NCBI GenBank assembly: GCA_964019425.1
Contig: OZ025796.1
Location: 496,001-560,000 of the forward strand
Direction of reading: 5' to 3'
DNA: 64,000 nucleotides
Origin: Flectonema sp. DT1601
Taxonomy: Eukaryota
Shown: piece by piece, positions 12,001 through 22,991 of the stretch
Numbering within the stretch: the stretch's first letter is position 1
Layout of the letters: every line of letters starts with the position of its first letter
Made by a program: the position numbers and the translations under genes
The notes under the pieces: generated by a model
Database searches by the model: none
Seen by the model: the letters and a program-made list of their open reading frames with translations, nothing else
What the model was told of the DNA's origin: nothing

Positions 12001-14776
12001 CAATACATCAGATCGCTGTAGTATATTAGAAAGAGCTATTAGTGAAGTGTTGTCTTCACCTGATGTAACAGATTCTGCTAAGTCACATTTAGAAGTACTG
12101 TTGGCGACTAGAGATACTTCTCAAGAGGTTCCTGTCGACTCATCTAACTACCCCATTGATGCTTCGAGTGAGCTTTCTGTACCTGGTATTCGTGATGGTC
12201 TCACAAGTATTTTAAATACTACTGGTGCTACAGACATGTCTTCTCAATTACGTCATCGTCTGGAACTCTTGGCTGGTGCTCCAAAAACTAGTTTCATTCC
12301 TAAACAAGCAGCTGGTGGCCATAACATCGCTCAGGTAGTTGTATTAGAGCCTCCAGGAGCTGGAGAGTGGCTGGACTGTACTATATTAGATTCGGTTCAG
12401 GGAACTGATCAACACCGGATTAGAGTCGCAGCACTTCCACAGATCCATCCGGCATATCGATTTTCGGGAAGGCAATTAGTTGTCTCCAGTGAACATCTTC
12501 GATTCGGTGATGGATCTGGTGAACAGATATCAGTTGGGTCTCGTGTTCGTAGAAATCCTGATCACTGGAAATGGGGAGATCAAGATGGTGGATCAGGTAA
12601 AGTTGGAAGTGTAATAGAAGTTGAAGGCAATGGTTGGATATCTGTTCAATGGGATCACTCTGGTAGGAGATCTCGTTATCGTTATGGAAGTGAGAATTGC
12701 TACGACGTCTTGGAAGCTCTGGATCAACGAAACACCACAACCAGTGCCACAGACGAAGCCGGCATCCGTTGCGCAGTAATTGCCGCCTTGGAGTCACCTG
12801 ATGCGGATTCGTTGTCTGAAATCGCCAGAATCCGACTGCACGCCCTAACTGGACCTGCTTCCCCGCAGCGCAAAATTTCTTCTGACGTCAAAAATCTCGT
12901 TGAACAGATCCGTCGTAACCAACCTTCTGCTTCCCAACAAAATGAGAACACACCTTCCGATAGCAATGCTCCAATCACATTAAAGAAGGGAAGGTTACAA
13001 AGTTGGATTACTGAAGCTTACAACTTACTAGCAGAGACATCTGATGGAATAGTAACTGCGAGAGGTCATCAATGGGTTCTGTTAACACAAGAAGTTAGTA
13101 GTAAGATAAAGGAAATGTCAAGTAATCCTTGTCCTGTTGTTGAAACAGATTTCGATTACGGAAAACTACTTATGGTTGGGCAAGCATCTGGTAGTGGTGA
13201 TCTACTTCACACGCTGAGAGATTTACTTGTTGACCGCGATGAGACAATTCTGCGCAAGCTCGATTCTCTTGTAGGTCGAAATGATTTGTTGCTTTCGTCA
13301 TCTGATGCTGAAATGCAAACATCTCTTCCTTTGACTTCTAATAAAGGAACAACAGTTGATCTGCTGGTCACTACGGGTACATCGATAGGGTTCAAAAAAA
13401 GATACGGACCAGTCAAGGACTCCCCCACCAGGGAATCCAAAAGATCACCTCCGAAGGTCAGACAGCCCTTAAGACCAGTCACTGCGGAAGACCTCGACTC
13501 TGAACCAGATCCAGAGGTTTGTGTTATTTCCTTACCGATATTTATATACGACTTGAACACTTTTATAGTTACTTACTTGTTGAACAATCTAATTAATATA
13601 AACAGGTCACTCGCGCATTAAAGGACTTGGCTCTCATGAATAAACGTAATTTCCAGCCGTCTCAAGACTCTGCGGTATGTGTAATAATTTATTAATAAGA
13701 CTCAACTGTTTTACTGTACTGTAGTAAAGATGATATTTCTTCACAAACAGAATGACCAGTGGGTTGACTATATCGTGGAGAGCACCCTCAACGACCCAAG
13801 CATTAGTGACCTCCTTCCGAATAACTTTGGTCGCGATGCTTCCGGCAGTGTCCGCTTTGGAACCCGCAAGATCGATCTCGTGGCGGTAAATGAGTTTGCA
13901 GCTGTTCGCATTGGAGGAGGTTACATGTTATTTTCAGATTTCATTAAACGATTCGCTGACACTGAAAGAAGGAAGTTGGTAGTATCTCCAGACAAAGTAA
14001 ATGGAAGAAGTGCATCACCCTTAGCTTTAGTAAGATCAGGTAGAGATATGGTCTTCGTTGATCCTCAAGAGGTAAGTGATCCGACTCATCAGATGGCGAG
14101 GATGAGTACGGGACCTGCAGGTGCTCGTCGCCCATCAACCCCGAGAAGGGTTCGGTCTTCTCATGAGGAGTATAGTATTTCAAATAGACCAATGTGGTCA
14201 GGACAAATGGATCGAAAGATTTACAAGAAGAACTCGAGCTTTTCTGGACCTCTTCCGGAGTCCAGGACTGCGACACCTACCAGACGACGAAGTCCTTCAC
14301 CCTCAACGAGATACGCTTCTTCAGCTTCTCAGTGGGTTGGAAAGGCAGCACCACTTCCTTCTGTGGATCTAATTGATGATGAGCTTGTGGAAGAACGTTG
14401 TGAAGATCCGATTGGGGAGTCTTCTCAAGGAGCTAACACACTCGATTTGTTGGAGAATCGATTGCAGCAAATTCTTAACAATCCGACTCCGTCTGGCCTG
14501 AATCGTTCTCCTTCACCTTCTCCTTCAGCCAATCCTTGGCGTGATCCTGTGAGACCAATTGTCTCACCTCGTGCTGATCGTGAACGTCAACCTTCTAGCC
14601 CTCGTTCTGATCTTTCTCGTCCGGCTGTTGATGAGTCGGGTAGAAGAGTTTTTAATCTCGCGTCTCATCCATTTCATGAAGACGCTCGGATGGGCACTAT
14701 TGATTATCAATCTTACATGCAACCTCACGGTAGCCAGAGACGTGGCTCTCGTCCTCCAGTCCATCCTGGGTATTAA
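1..14776 (+). CDS. Giant (>4,770 aa, 5'-partial) coiled-coil protein with a RanBP2-like zinc finger, repeated WKE motifs, a MIB/HERC2 domain and a C-terminal GAS2/GAR domain; probable cytoskeletal linker
   Basis: Frame +1 is open from base 1. Exons <1-588, 687-8106, 8205-10475, 10578-13516, 13606-13674 and 13751-14776 are joined in frame by GT-AG introns 589-686, 8107-8204, 10476-10577, 13517-13605 and 13675-13750. Motifs: WRCFTCNDNTNESDSQSCNTC (RanBP2-like), VGSRVRRNPDHWKWGDQDGG...VQWD...YRYG (MIB/HERC2, ~12527-12710) and VRFGTRKI...AVRIGGGYMLFSDFI (GAS2, ~13751-13960). Confidence 0.85.
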
Positions 14777-15467
14777 TAGTAGTTAAAAATTAAAAAAAAA
14801 AAAGTTTTTTTTTTTTTTTTGTCTTGTTTTTTTCACGACCTCTCTTAGTTTGGTCATGTTTTTGTTTGATTTTTCTTTTGTGCTGTGGCACCTTTTTTGT
14901 ATTGTTAAAATAAAAAAAAATATTTTTTTCGTGTAGACATTCTACCTATTTTTAGAACCAGTTTAAAAAAGAAAAAAAAAATAAATTAGAAAGTGATATT
15001 GTGGGCGAGAGGAATAAAAGTTGATTCTCGAAAGGCACTTTTTTTTTCCTTTCATTTTGTTATTCTGGAGTTTTTTTTTTTTTTTTTTTTTAGATTTATC
15101 CTTTAAACATCCACTTCCCAAATCTCCCTGCTTGGGGAGGCATTCGTGTGAATATATAGAAGATTTTGCTACCTTATTATACAACACATTGTTGCACCGC
15201 CTTCTCTCGGTGCCATTCACTTGTAATGTGCGTCTACTCGTTTGAGTTTTCAAGAGGTTGTTTCCATTTCTTTCACCCACCCATTTCCTTTTTTCTTTGC
15301 AGTCGTGGGATTAAATGCAAAACGGTTTTGCATTATTTCCCCACTTTTTTTTTTGTTTGTTGTTGTTGTTGTTGCTGTTGTTGTTGGTGTACCGTTGTGA
15401 GTTATATTATCAACCATTTTCTTAACCCCACCAAGATAACGAGGAATATCACAAAAAGAAACGAAAA

Positions 15468-16604
15468 ATGAGGTTGTCAAAAGCAATCAGCAGGATGTCA
15501 AAGTATGCCCGTGGCATGGCCTTGGAGGCTGCGCCATGTCCAAAATTGGAGAACCCGGTTGCTGTTTTCGGAAGACAGCATTTACCTGATGCAAGCAATG
15601 AACTACTTCCTAAACAGCTATCTTCTTCAAACGGTGAATGGCCAGCATTCTTTAACAGCACTGAGACTGATGTTGAAATCCTCGCTAAGACCTTAACAAG
15701 CCCTGAGTTTGAAAAAAAACTTGTAGAAGAAGGTGCTGTTTTAATTCAAACCAACCTAAGAACCTACCAAGAGTTTTCGGACCTTATTGATGAGGCTGGT
15801 TGGCAGACAAGAGGGGCTGATGACTTTGCGAGATCGATGGGCGCCAGATCGATGACTTCTACGTGTGTCACCTCATCAGTTAGAACTGCCTCAGATGATC
15901 ACAGACTTTATACCATTGAACCTCATCATGAGTACCATACTTGTGCTTTTCCAAATAATATTTTATTATTTTGTGAAACCTGTCCATCTTCAGGTGGTGA
16001 ATGGCCAGTTGGAAACGGAAGAGAGATCCTCAAACAATTAAAACCAGAAGTCGTAGAGAAATTCGAAAGACTTGGAGCAAGATATTCTCTCTTCTATCCC
16101 TCAGTTAACTCTCCGGAAGGCAGCCGTTACAATACATGGGAGAAGAATATTATGCCAACTAAAGAAGAAACTGAATCATACTTAGAAGACAGAGGCTACA
16201 CATGGGAATGGGGTGAGAACAACTCCCTTCGCTACTGGCAAAACTTCCCGGCGATCAGATCTCACCCAAAGACTGGTGAGAGAGTTTGGTTTAATCAAAT
16301 TCACGCTCATCACAAATCATTTTATGAATGCCACCCGGCATTCGCCAACTCCTTTGAAGCAACCGCATCTAAGAACCAGTGGCCAGTAGACTGTTTGTAT
16401 GGAGATGGGTCTCCTATTGAAAAGGAAACACTTGACCACATCAGAGAAATTGTTTGGAAAAACTGTATTGGAATTCACCCAAAGCCTGGTCATCTTCTCA
16501 TCTGCGACAACTGGCTTGCGTTACACGGAAGACTCTCATTTCCAGAGGGTGAGCGTAAGGTGTACGCTGCTACCACTTTCTATGATGAAGATGATGAGGA
16601 GTAG
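15468..16604 (+). CDS. TauD/TfdA (clavaminate synthase/SyrP-like) Fe(II)/2-oxoglutarate dioxygenase, 378 aa, intronless
   Basis: HxE iron ligands in IEPHHEY, LLFCETCPSSGGE, HPKTGERVWFNQ, and distal DNWLALHGR...GERKV. The basic N-terminus (MRLSKAISRMSKYARG) could be a mitochondrial presequence. Confidence 0.85.
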   Translation: MRLSKAISRMSKYARGMALEAAPCPKLENPVAVFGRQHLPDASNELLPKQLSSSNGEWPAFFNSTETDVEILAKTLTSPEFEKKLVEEGAVLIQTNLRTYQEFSDLIDEAGWQTRGADDFARSMGARSMTSTCVTSSVRTASDDHRLYTIEPHHEYHTCAFPNNILLFCETCPSSGGEWPVGNGREILKQLKPEVVEKFERLGARYSLFYPSVNSPEGSRYNTWEKNIMPTKEETESYLEDRGYTWEWGENNSLRYWQNFPAIRSHPKTGERVWFNQIHAHHKSFYECHPAFANSFEATASKNQWPVDCLYGDGSPIEKETLDHIREIVWKNCIGIHPKPGHLLICDNWLALHGRLSFPEGERKVYAATTFYDEDDEE

Positions 16605-16951
16605 AATCATCTTCTTTTTCTTGTTATATTTTATCAAGCTTTACCGTATTGGGTTAGAATATGTTTGGGGTAGGCTAAAACCTTGCTTCAGAGTTTTCGA
16701 TCCATTCTACTACCCCCTTGACCGATCAATAAACATTAACAAGGGATGAGACAAGACGTGAGAAGCTGTCACACTACGATTTGGTGAGCAAATCGAAAAC
16801 TTATTATATTGAAATACATAAAAACTAAGAAGTTCTGTTTCCTATATTTTGCTCAACACTTGCTTCTTCTCTTTTTTTACTTCTTAAAAGCGAATGATGT
16901 GTTAAATAGGGAGTGGCTTTACTTTTTTTTTTTCCTTTTTTTTATTTTCTC

Positions 16952-17640
16952 AAAATCATTATTATTATTTATTATTAAGTGGGTGTATAGCCCTGGTTCT
17001 GCTTGTACGAAGTCTCTGTTGAGCTTTTTTGTGCAGTTAGATGTGGCTTTCTGTGTTTCATTTTTAATTTTCAGCCTAAATGATACACCCCAAATAAAAC
17101 ACAACAATTTTATTTTTTAAAACCATTATTATTATTTATTATTAAGTGGGTGTATGGCCCTGGTCTCATCGGCGTTGGTTGTTCTGCAACTTGTGCGGAT
17201 GAGTGGCTACCTGTGTTTGTTTTTGACTTTTAGCCTAAATAATACACCCCAAGTAAACACAACAATTTTATTTTTTAAAACCATTATTATTATTTATTAT
17301 TAAGTGGGTGTATGGCCCTGGTCTCATCGGCGTTGGTTGTTCTGCAACTTGTGCGGATGAGTGGCTACCTGTGTTTGTTTTTGACTTTTAGCCTAAATAA
17401 TACACCCCAAGTAAACACAAACAATTTTATTTTTTAAAACCATTATTATTATTATTTATTATTAAGTGGGTGTATAGCCCTGGTCTCATCAGCGTTGGTT
17501 GACTTCAACTTGCGAGGATGGGCGGCTACCTGTGTTTTTGACTTTTAACCTAAAAAATACATCCCAATAAAAACACAACAATTTTATTTTTTAAAAACCA
17601 TTATTATTATTTATTATTAAGGGGGTGTATATCCCCAAAT
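16952..17640. repeat. Tandem array of four ~155-167 bp units plus a collapsed fifth unit, each with nested inverted repeats
   Basis: GGGTGTAT recurs at 16981, 17148, 17306, 17468 and 17623. Each full unit also carries the complement ATACACCC (ATACATCC in unit 4). Units 2 and 3 are near-identical. Confidence 0.95.
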
Positions 17641-18551
17641 TATTATTTGTCTGCAGCACTCTTCCCGACTGTTGGGAGAGTGCTTCTTACAGGTAATGTA
17701 TCATGCATGTCTTGCCAATTAGTGCTTTGACATATTGATATTAATAACAACATATTTATTACGTACTTGACTCTTTTTTTTGTCATTTGTATGCTTCTTA
17801 GTTTAAATGCTGCTGTCCAAACGTTCAATATTCGCAAGCCGACGAAGGCTGTTAGTCGTCTAACAGTCGCAGTAGCGAGGGCTGTTGGAAGGTATTTGGA
17901 ACTTCTATTTTCTTACGTTGAGTTTTGTACCGTCAAATTCTCAAAATTAACTTTTTTTTTCATTTCCGAAACCCCAAATCGATCTCAAGTAACGATTCCT
18001 CTCTTATTTTTTTTTCTTTTTTTTTTTTTTTTTCTTCTTTCCCCGATTGGCAAAGAAAAAGAGGTGGAGAAAAGAAAAAAAAAATTAAAAAAAAACAAAA
18101 GGGAAGCTATCAGCGAGTGTCCTCCAATAGTGACTGTTTGAACCGTCGGAGCTGACTGTTGAGAGGAAAACGAAAATGAGGGAAAAAATAACTAAAACAA
18201 AACAAAAAAACATACTATTTGTGTTTTGTCAACAACCACATCAAAAAGAAAACGATAAACGAAAAAAAAGGGGGGGGGAGAAAAAAAAACTTTTGAGAGG
18301 AGGAAAGAAAAAGAATAATAATAACGACAACATCATTCATCACCTTCCCCATCTTCTCTATCGTTCGTAGTGTGGGCGGGGGTACCCAAATCATTACTTT
18401 GTTCACGTTATCGAAAAGTGTTGTATTTGATAATTAGGTATTGAACCACAACAGAGATATTTCTTTTCTATTTTACAGGCACGCAGCTTTCGCTGTTTTT
18501 TTTAAACTTGTTTTTTTTTCCCCTTTCAGCGGGGGTAAGGGGCTCAGACCC

Positions 18552-19658
18552 ATGTCCGAAGATGCGAAGAAGAAAAAGAAAAAGAAACCAAAGATCCTTG
18601 AGGTGTGCTTCAATCATTTATCTTACAAACTGTGAAAAAAAAATAACGTTAAACAAAACACAAACACAGCGCCCCTCTGAACAGCAAATAGATGAGGTAG
18701 CCGTTGGAATGCTTCGAGAGTATATGCACAAAAGAGAATTCAAAAACACATTAGCTATATTCGATGAAGAAATGCCTCGTAGTGAAGTAACAATTCAAAG
18801 CAGGCAGCTAATGATGGATTTACTACATTATTGTGGAACAACCTGCGAATCCAGCATCATCGAGTTCGTCTGCAAGGGAAGGGTTACTAAGTTATACCAA
18901 CTAAAGGAAATAGCTGAACTAGACATAGAACTTCAGGCACTGCAGCAGGAAGCCAAAACACTCAGTGAAGAAGTCGCACCTTTGAAAAAAACTCTCAAAA
19001 AATTGAAAAAAAAAACCGAGCAAACGATGGAAAAAGCCTCCAAGAAGCAACAGACAAAAACTCGGAAACCCAGCCCAGCTCCGGTTATCGACCGGTCAAG
19101 CAGCTGGAAACCACCTGGGATCGATTCTTCAGGAGACAGTATTTCGGATATTGGTGTTGGCCTTAAGAAGGGAGACTCACAGATTGGGTCCAAAGGTCGA
19201 AACTGGGCACCTCCGACTGTCACGACGGATAAAAACTCTCCTTACACATCTTGGGCTGTTAATAATACAGTTCGTAATTCTGAATTGTCTGATATTAGAA
19301 AAATGATCCAGGAAGAGGTAGAGTTCGGAAGGGAGAAGGTAGAGCAAGTGACCACCCACCGTCAACCTCTCCTAATTGATAAGAACTCTGTATGTCTTAC
19401 TTTAGTTATAACATTGTTAAACATAACAATTTCTTCTTTAAATAATTTTTTCAAAATTTAAAATAGAAATCTGAGTCTGGCCTCCGACCTGGTCCGCTGA
19501 GTATCGACAAAGAGAGTGTTCGCTACTCGTCAGGAGTTGGTGACCTGAAGTCTCCAACGGAAGTTAGATCGCCAGTTGAGAACCTGCTGCTGGCGCCATC
19601 ATCTTCAAACATGAGTAGCGGACTGAGGAAGGATACAAAAAGGGTTTCATTTGCATAG
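18552..19658 (+). CDS. Hypothetical ~320-aa protein with an N-terminal LisH-like (MINDY4/FAM188B N-terminus-like) domain, a coiled coil and a C-terminal RVxF motif
   Basis: Exons 18552-18602, 18670-19389 and 19467-19658; introns 18603-18669 (GTGTGC..CACAG) and 19390-19466 (GTATGT..AATAG). The LisH-like segment is IDEVAVGMLREYMHKREFKNTLAIFDEEMPRS. The protein ends KRVSFA*. Confidence 0.7.
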
Positions 19659-20401
19659 TTTCTTTTTTTCAATATCATCTCTGGGTCTAGCGATTTCATG
19701 TGACTTGTTAGAGTTTGAGCTTCATACTCACTTTTATTTAGTTTTGTTGAGTTGTATCCCTCGTTGGTTAGCTACCACATCATTAGAATTAGACTTGGAT
19801 GTGTTATTCACAATGGCTACCTCGAGGGGGGCAGTACACTATCTGTAAAAATATAATCACTTTTCAATATCGTTTTTTTTTAATGTTCAGTTATGTTGGT
19901 TTGTGGGTCGAACCCTCCCTCAGACGTCCTTCCCATTCTTTTAGTTATCTGATTGTTACTTTTTTTTTTAAAAAAAAAATTTTTTTTTTTTAACTTCACA
20001 AGCTATATAGCTATCGGCCCTGGTCATTATATTTTTTGGGTAAAGGACTGCGTCTTTGAGCAGTATCAGACTCTTGTGTGGAAAAAAAAAATAAAGAACC
20101 GACGCGATATTGTCAAAGCGATTCGGTTCATTCATTCGGTGTGTTGGTAGCACCCTTGGGCTTATTAATTGTACACCTGTGCGTTTATTAACAAGCCACA
20201 TAGCTAGGTTTTTTTTTTTTTTTTTTTTTTTTTTGTTTTCCCCTATTAATTCTTATGGATTCACTTAACTTAATACTTCGTAAGGAAAAAAAAAAAAAAA
20301 AAAAAAAAAAGGAAAATTTACAAAAGGAAGTTAATTTCAGTTCTACAAAAAGGTAAAATTTAATGGAAACAACCTTTTTTTTTTTTTTTTTTTTTTTTTT
20401 G

Positions 20402-20800
20402 GGGTGAAGAAACTAATGTTTTATTGTAACTGGAATGTGTTAGTTATTTTTCAACTCAGTCTCTTAAACTAAGCTCATCTCTTGCAGGAATCATTGTTGG
20501 GAGTTTAGTTGGATTGCTGACGACTGCGAAAAAGCAAAAACATTTTATGTGTATTCGTAAAGGGTTTTCCGATTTCTGACTAGCAGCGCCAAGCCCTATG
20601 CAAGTGATTCTTTAACCGCATTATATACTTCACCCCTCAGGAATTACCGAACAGAGATCAAAGGCTCAATTATATTTTTTGGGTGAAGAAACTGATGTTT
20701 TATTGTAACTGGAATGTGTTAGTTATTTTTCAACTCAGTCTCTTAAACTATGGATAGCTCATCTCTTGCAGGAATCATTGTTGGGAGTATAGTTGGATTG
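20402..20800 (+). repeat. Local direct duplication of ~115 bp (20402-20516 and 20681-20800) covering the 5' end of the cyclase-like gene
   Basis: Near-identical copies of GGGTGAAGAAACT...CAACTCAGTCTCTTAAACTA...GGAATCATTGTTGGGAGT. The upstream copy lacks TGGAT, which removes the ATG. Confidence 0.9.
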
Positions 20801-22991
20801 TTCGCATTAGCATTGACATTACACTATTCGGTGTACTTGAGGTTGCCGTATTGGGTTTCAAACTTGTTGCAATTTCCTCCCGTTTTGTCGTTTAAGAATC
20901 AGTTAATTCGACCTCCTGAATCATGTAACACTCTAATTGTCGTAGCACTAAGTCCGTTGGTTTTAGTAATAGTCTTCTTGATAGCTGTTGTGATTGACAC
21001 TATTGTAACTGAACCCCCCGGCATTAGCGATATGCAATCGTTAGTTGATTGCTCTGCGGAAATCGCAAAGGAAGAAATAGCACTTGCGATCCACGCATCA
21101 GGAAATATTACAAATATATACGTTAGAGAGCTCGCAACGGACTCTGCATGTGGTCCGTGGCTGACAGACGAAATGACAATTGCGAGAGAATTGAAACACA
21201 CGCTGACTGATTTAATGCGCCACATGTCAGTGGTTCGATCCCTTTTGGATACGAAAATGCTTTCACTGGCCCTGACTTTCTTAAAGAAAAGAGATGCATT
21301 GGAATTCAGTTTTCTCAATGCGCAGCTGCTTGAACACAGTGCGCGTGAATACTGCGAGTCAATCGATGCGGCTCATGAGGGGATCGGATCGCTATTTCGG
21401 TGGGATCGAACATCAACTGACATAATAAAAACATTAGAAGCCATGAGTATGGGAGAATCAAATGTATTTCTCGAAAGCAGCCACGCTCTAGCAGATGATA
21501 AGTTGCTTCAGAATGTTTCTAAAGAAATATCAAAATCATTTATTCCTATCATGTACCGCGATAAGTTGTATGAAAACATAACTGAACAAAACATCGACAT
21601 GATGAACAGCATTAGACGCTTCCATAGAGCGATTACCTCTGACAGTGTTTCAGAGCTTGACGACGCTATTACTTACGCCCACAAAGAAAAGGCACTTTAT
21701 CTCGGCCTTCTCCTTCCAGCAATTTTCGTTACTGCATTGTCATTCATCGCATGTGCGTTTTTATTAGCCAGACGTATTAAGGGCATGGCGGTGCTTTCTG
21801 CAGTAAAAAAGGACTTCGACGATTCAGAGGAAGCAAGACAAAAGATTGCGGCACTTCAGAATTCCCTTGAAAAACTGAGAATCGAAAACTTGCAATTCGA
21901 TGACACCCTCGTCCAGCAGTGTTACCGAGGTCTTGCCGACTATTTGAAAGTCTTAAAACCGTTTATATCTCATTCTCTGTACGAATGTGAAGAAGAAAGT
22001 TCTGGAACTGCAAACGCCTCAGTCTCAGGAAGTAATGAATTTACTGCATTTGATTTGGGTCAGGGTTCTTCATACGGAAACATCCATCTGAACCCTTTAA
22101 AATTACAGGTAGGGATGCGACACGTGAATGCTTCATTTTTAGTGTTATCCAATGAAATGTTTAATGACTTACCGAGTCAAGATATGCATGATCGTTGTGA
22201 AGACTTCGTTGATGACTACAACACGTTAATTGATATTGTTTTAACAAACGTTTCATCCCTTGGAGGAGTTATTCATGATATTGGTAGCGGTACTATCACT
22301 TGCACGTGGAACTGTTCTACTGCTTGCCCTGATAAGCATTCTGAAAGAGCCGTTAATGCGGCTTTTCGCCTCACAAAAGACTTTGCTGACGCATCTCGGA
22401 CTGAAAAATTCGTCATGATACCCGATGAAAATGCCGTATGTGTTTTTTATGCACACTCTTTTTAACTTTTAATTTTTTTTTTTTTTTTTGCAGAAAATAT
22501 TCAGATTAAAGAGCCATAAAAAAAAAAAAAAAAAAAAACAGTCAATCTCGGTGTCAACAGGTGACGTAATGACTGGCCTAATTAAAACATATAGAGGAAT
22601 TAGATACCAAGTTATTGGAGCAGCGTTACTACAAGCAGAGCAAATGGTTTACATGTGTCCTTTCCATCAGTCAAATGTTTTAATATCTCAGAATACTCAG
22701 AAAGCTGTTTGTGAAATCTTCTACACAAAAGCAATAATGATGCTACCCGGGGCTGAAACAGTCTACGAAGTTCTACCCAGTCATCCAGAGAAGGAAGATA
22801 ACAACACGAAGGAATACAATAAAGTGTTCGCCTTCTTGAAAAAAGGAAAAATATCAGAAGCTATAAAAGTGTTAACGACCTTCTTAGACAAAGGTTGTAA
22901 CAAGGGTGATAAATCAGCCAAATTCCTTCTTGAAAGGCTAAAAATAAAAGTAGAAGACCCAGCCAACGACACCGTATATCACGGACTGTAA
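20750..22991 (+). CDS. Membrane protein with a degenerate class III adenylate/guanylate cyclase-like domain, ~711 aa
   Basis: Exons 20750-22435 and 22542-22991 (intron 22436-22541). Three hydrophobic TM-like segments. Cyclase-like segments GGVIHDIGSGTITCTWN, ERAVNAAF and ISVSTGDVMTGLI...RYQVIGAALLQAEQM. Confidence 0.7.

Noticed and set aside
16952..17640. CRISPR array interpretation of the constant/variable tandem repeat
   Set aside because: The constant part is ~100 bp, the cores of units 2-4 are homologous rather than unique spacers, there are no cas genes, and the context is eukaryotic.
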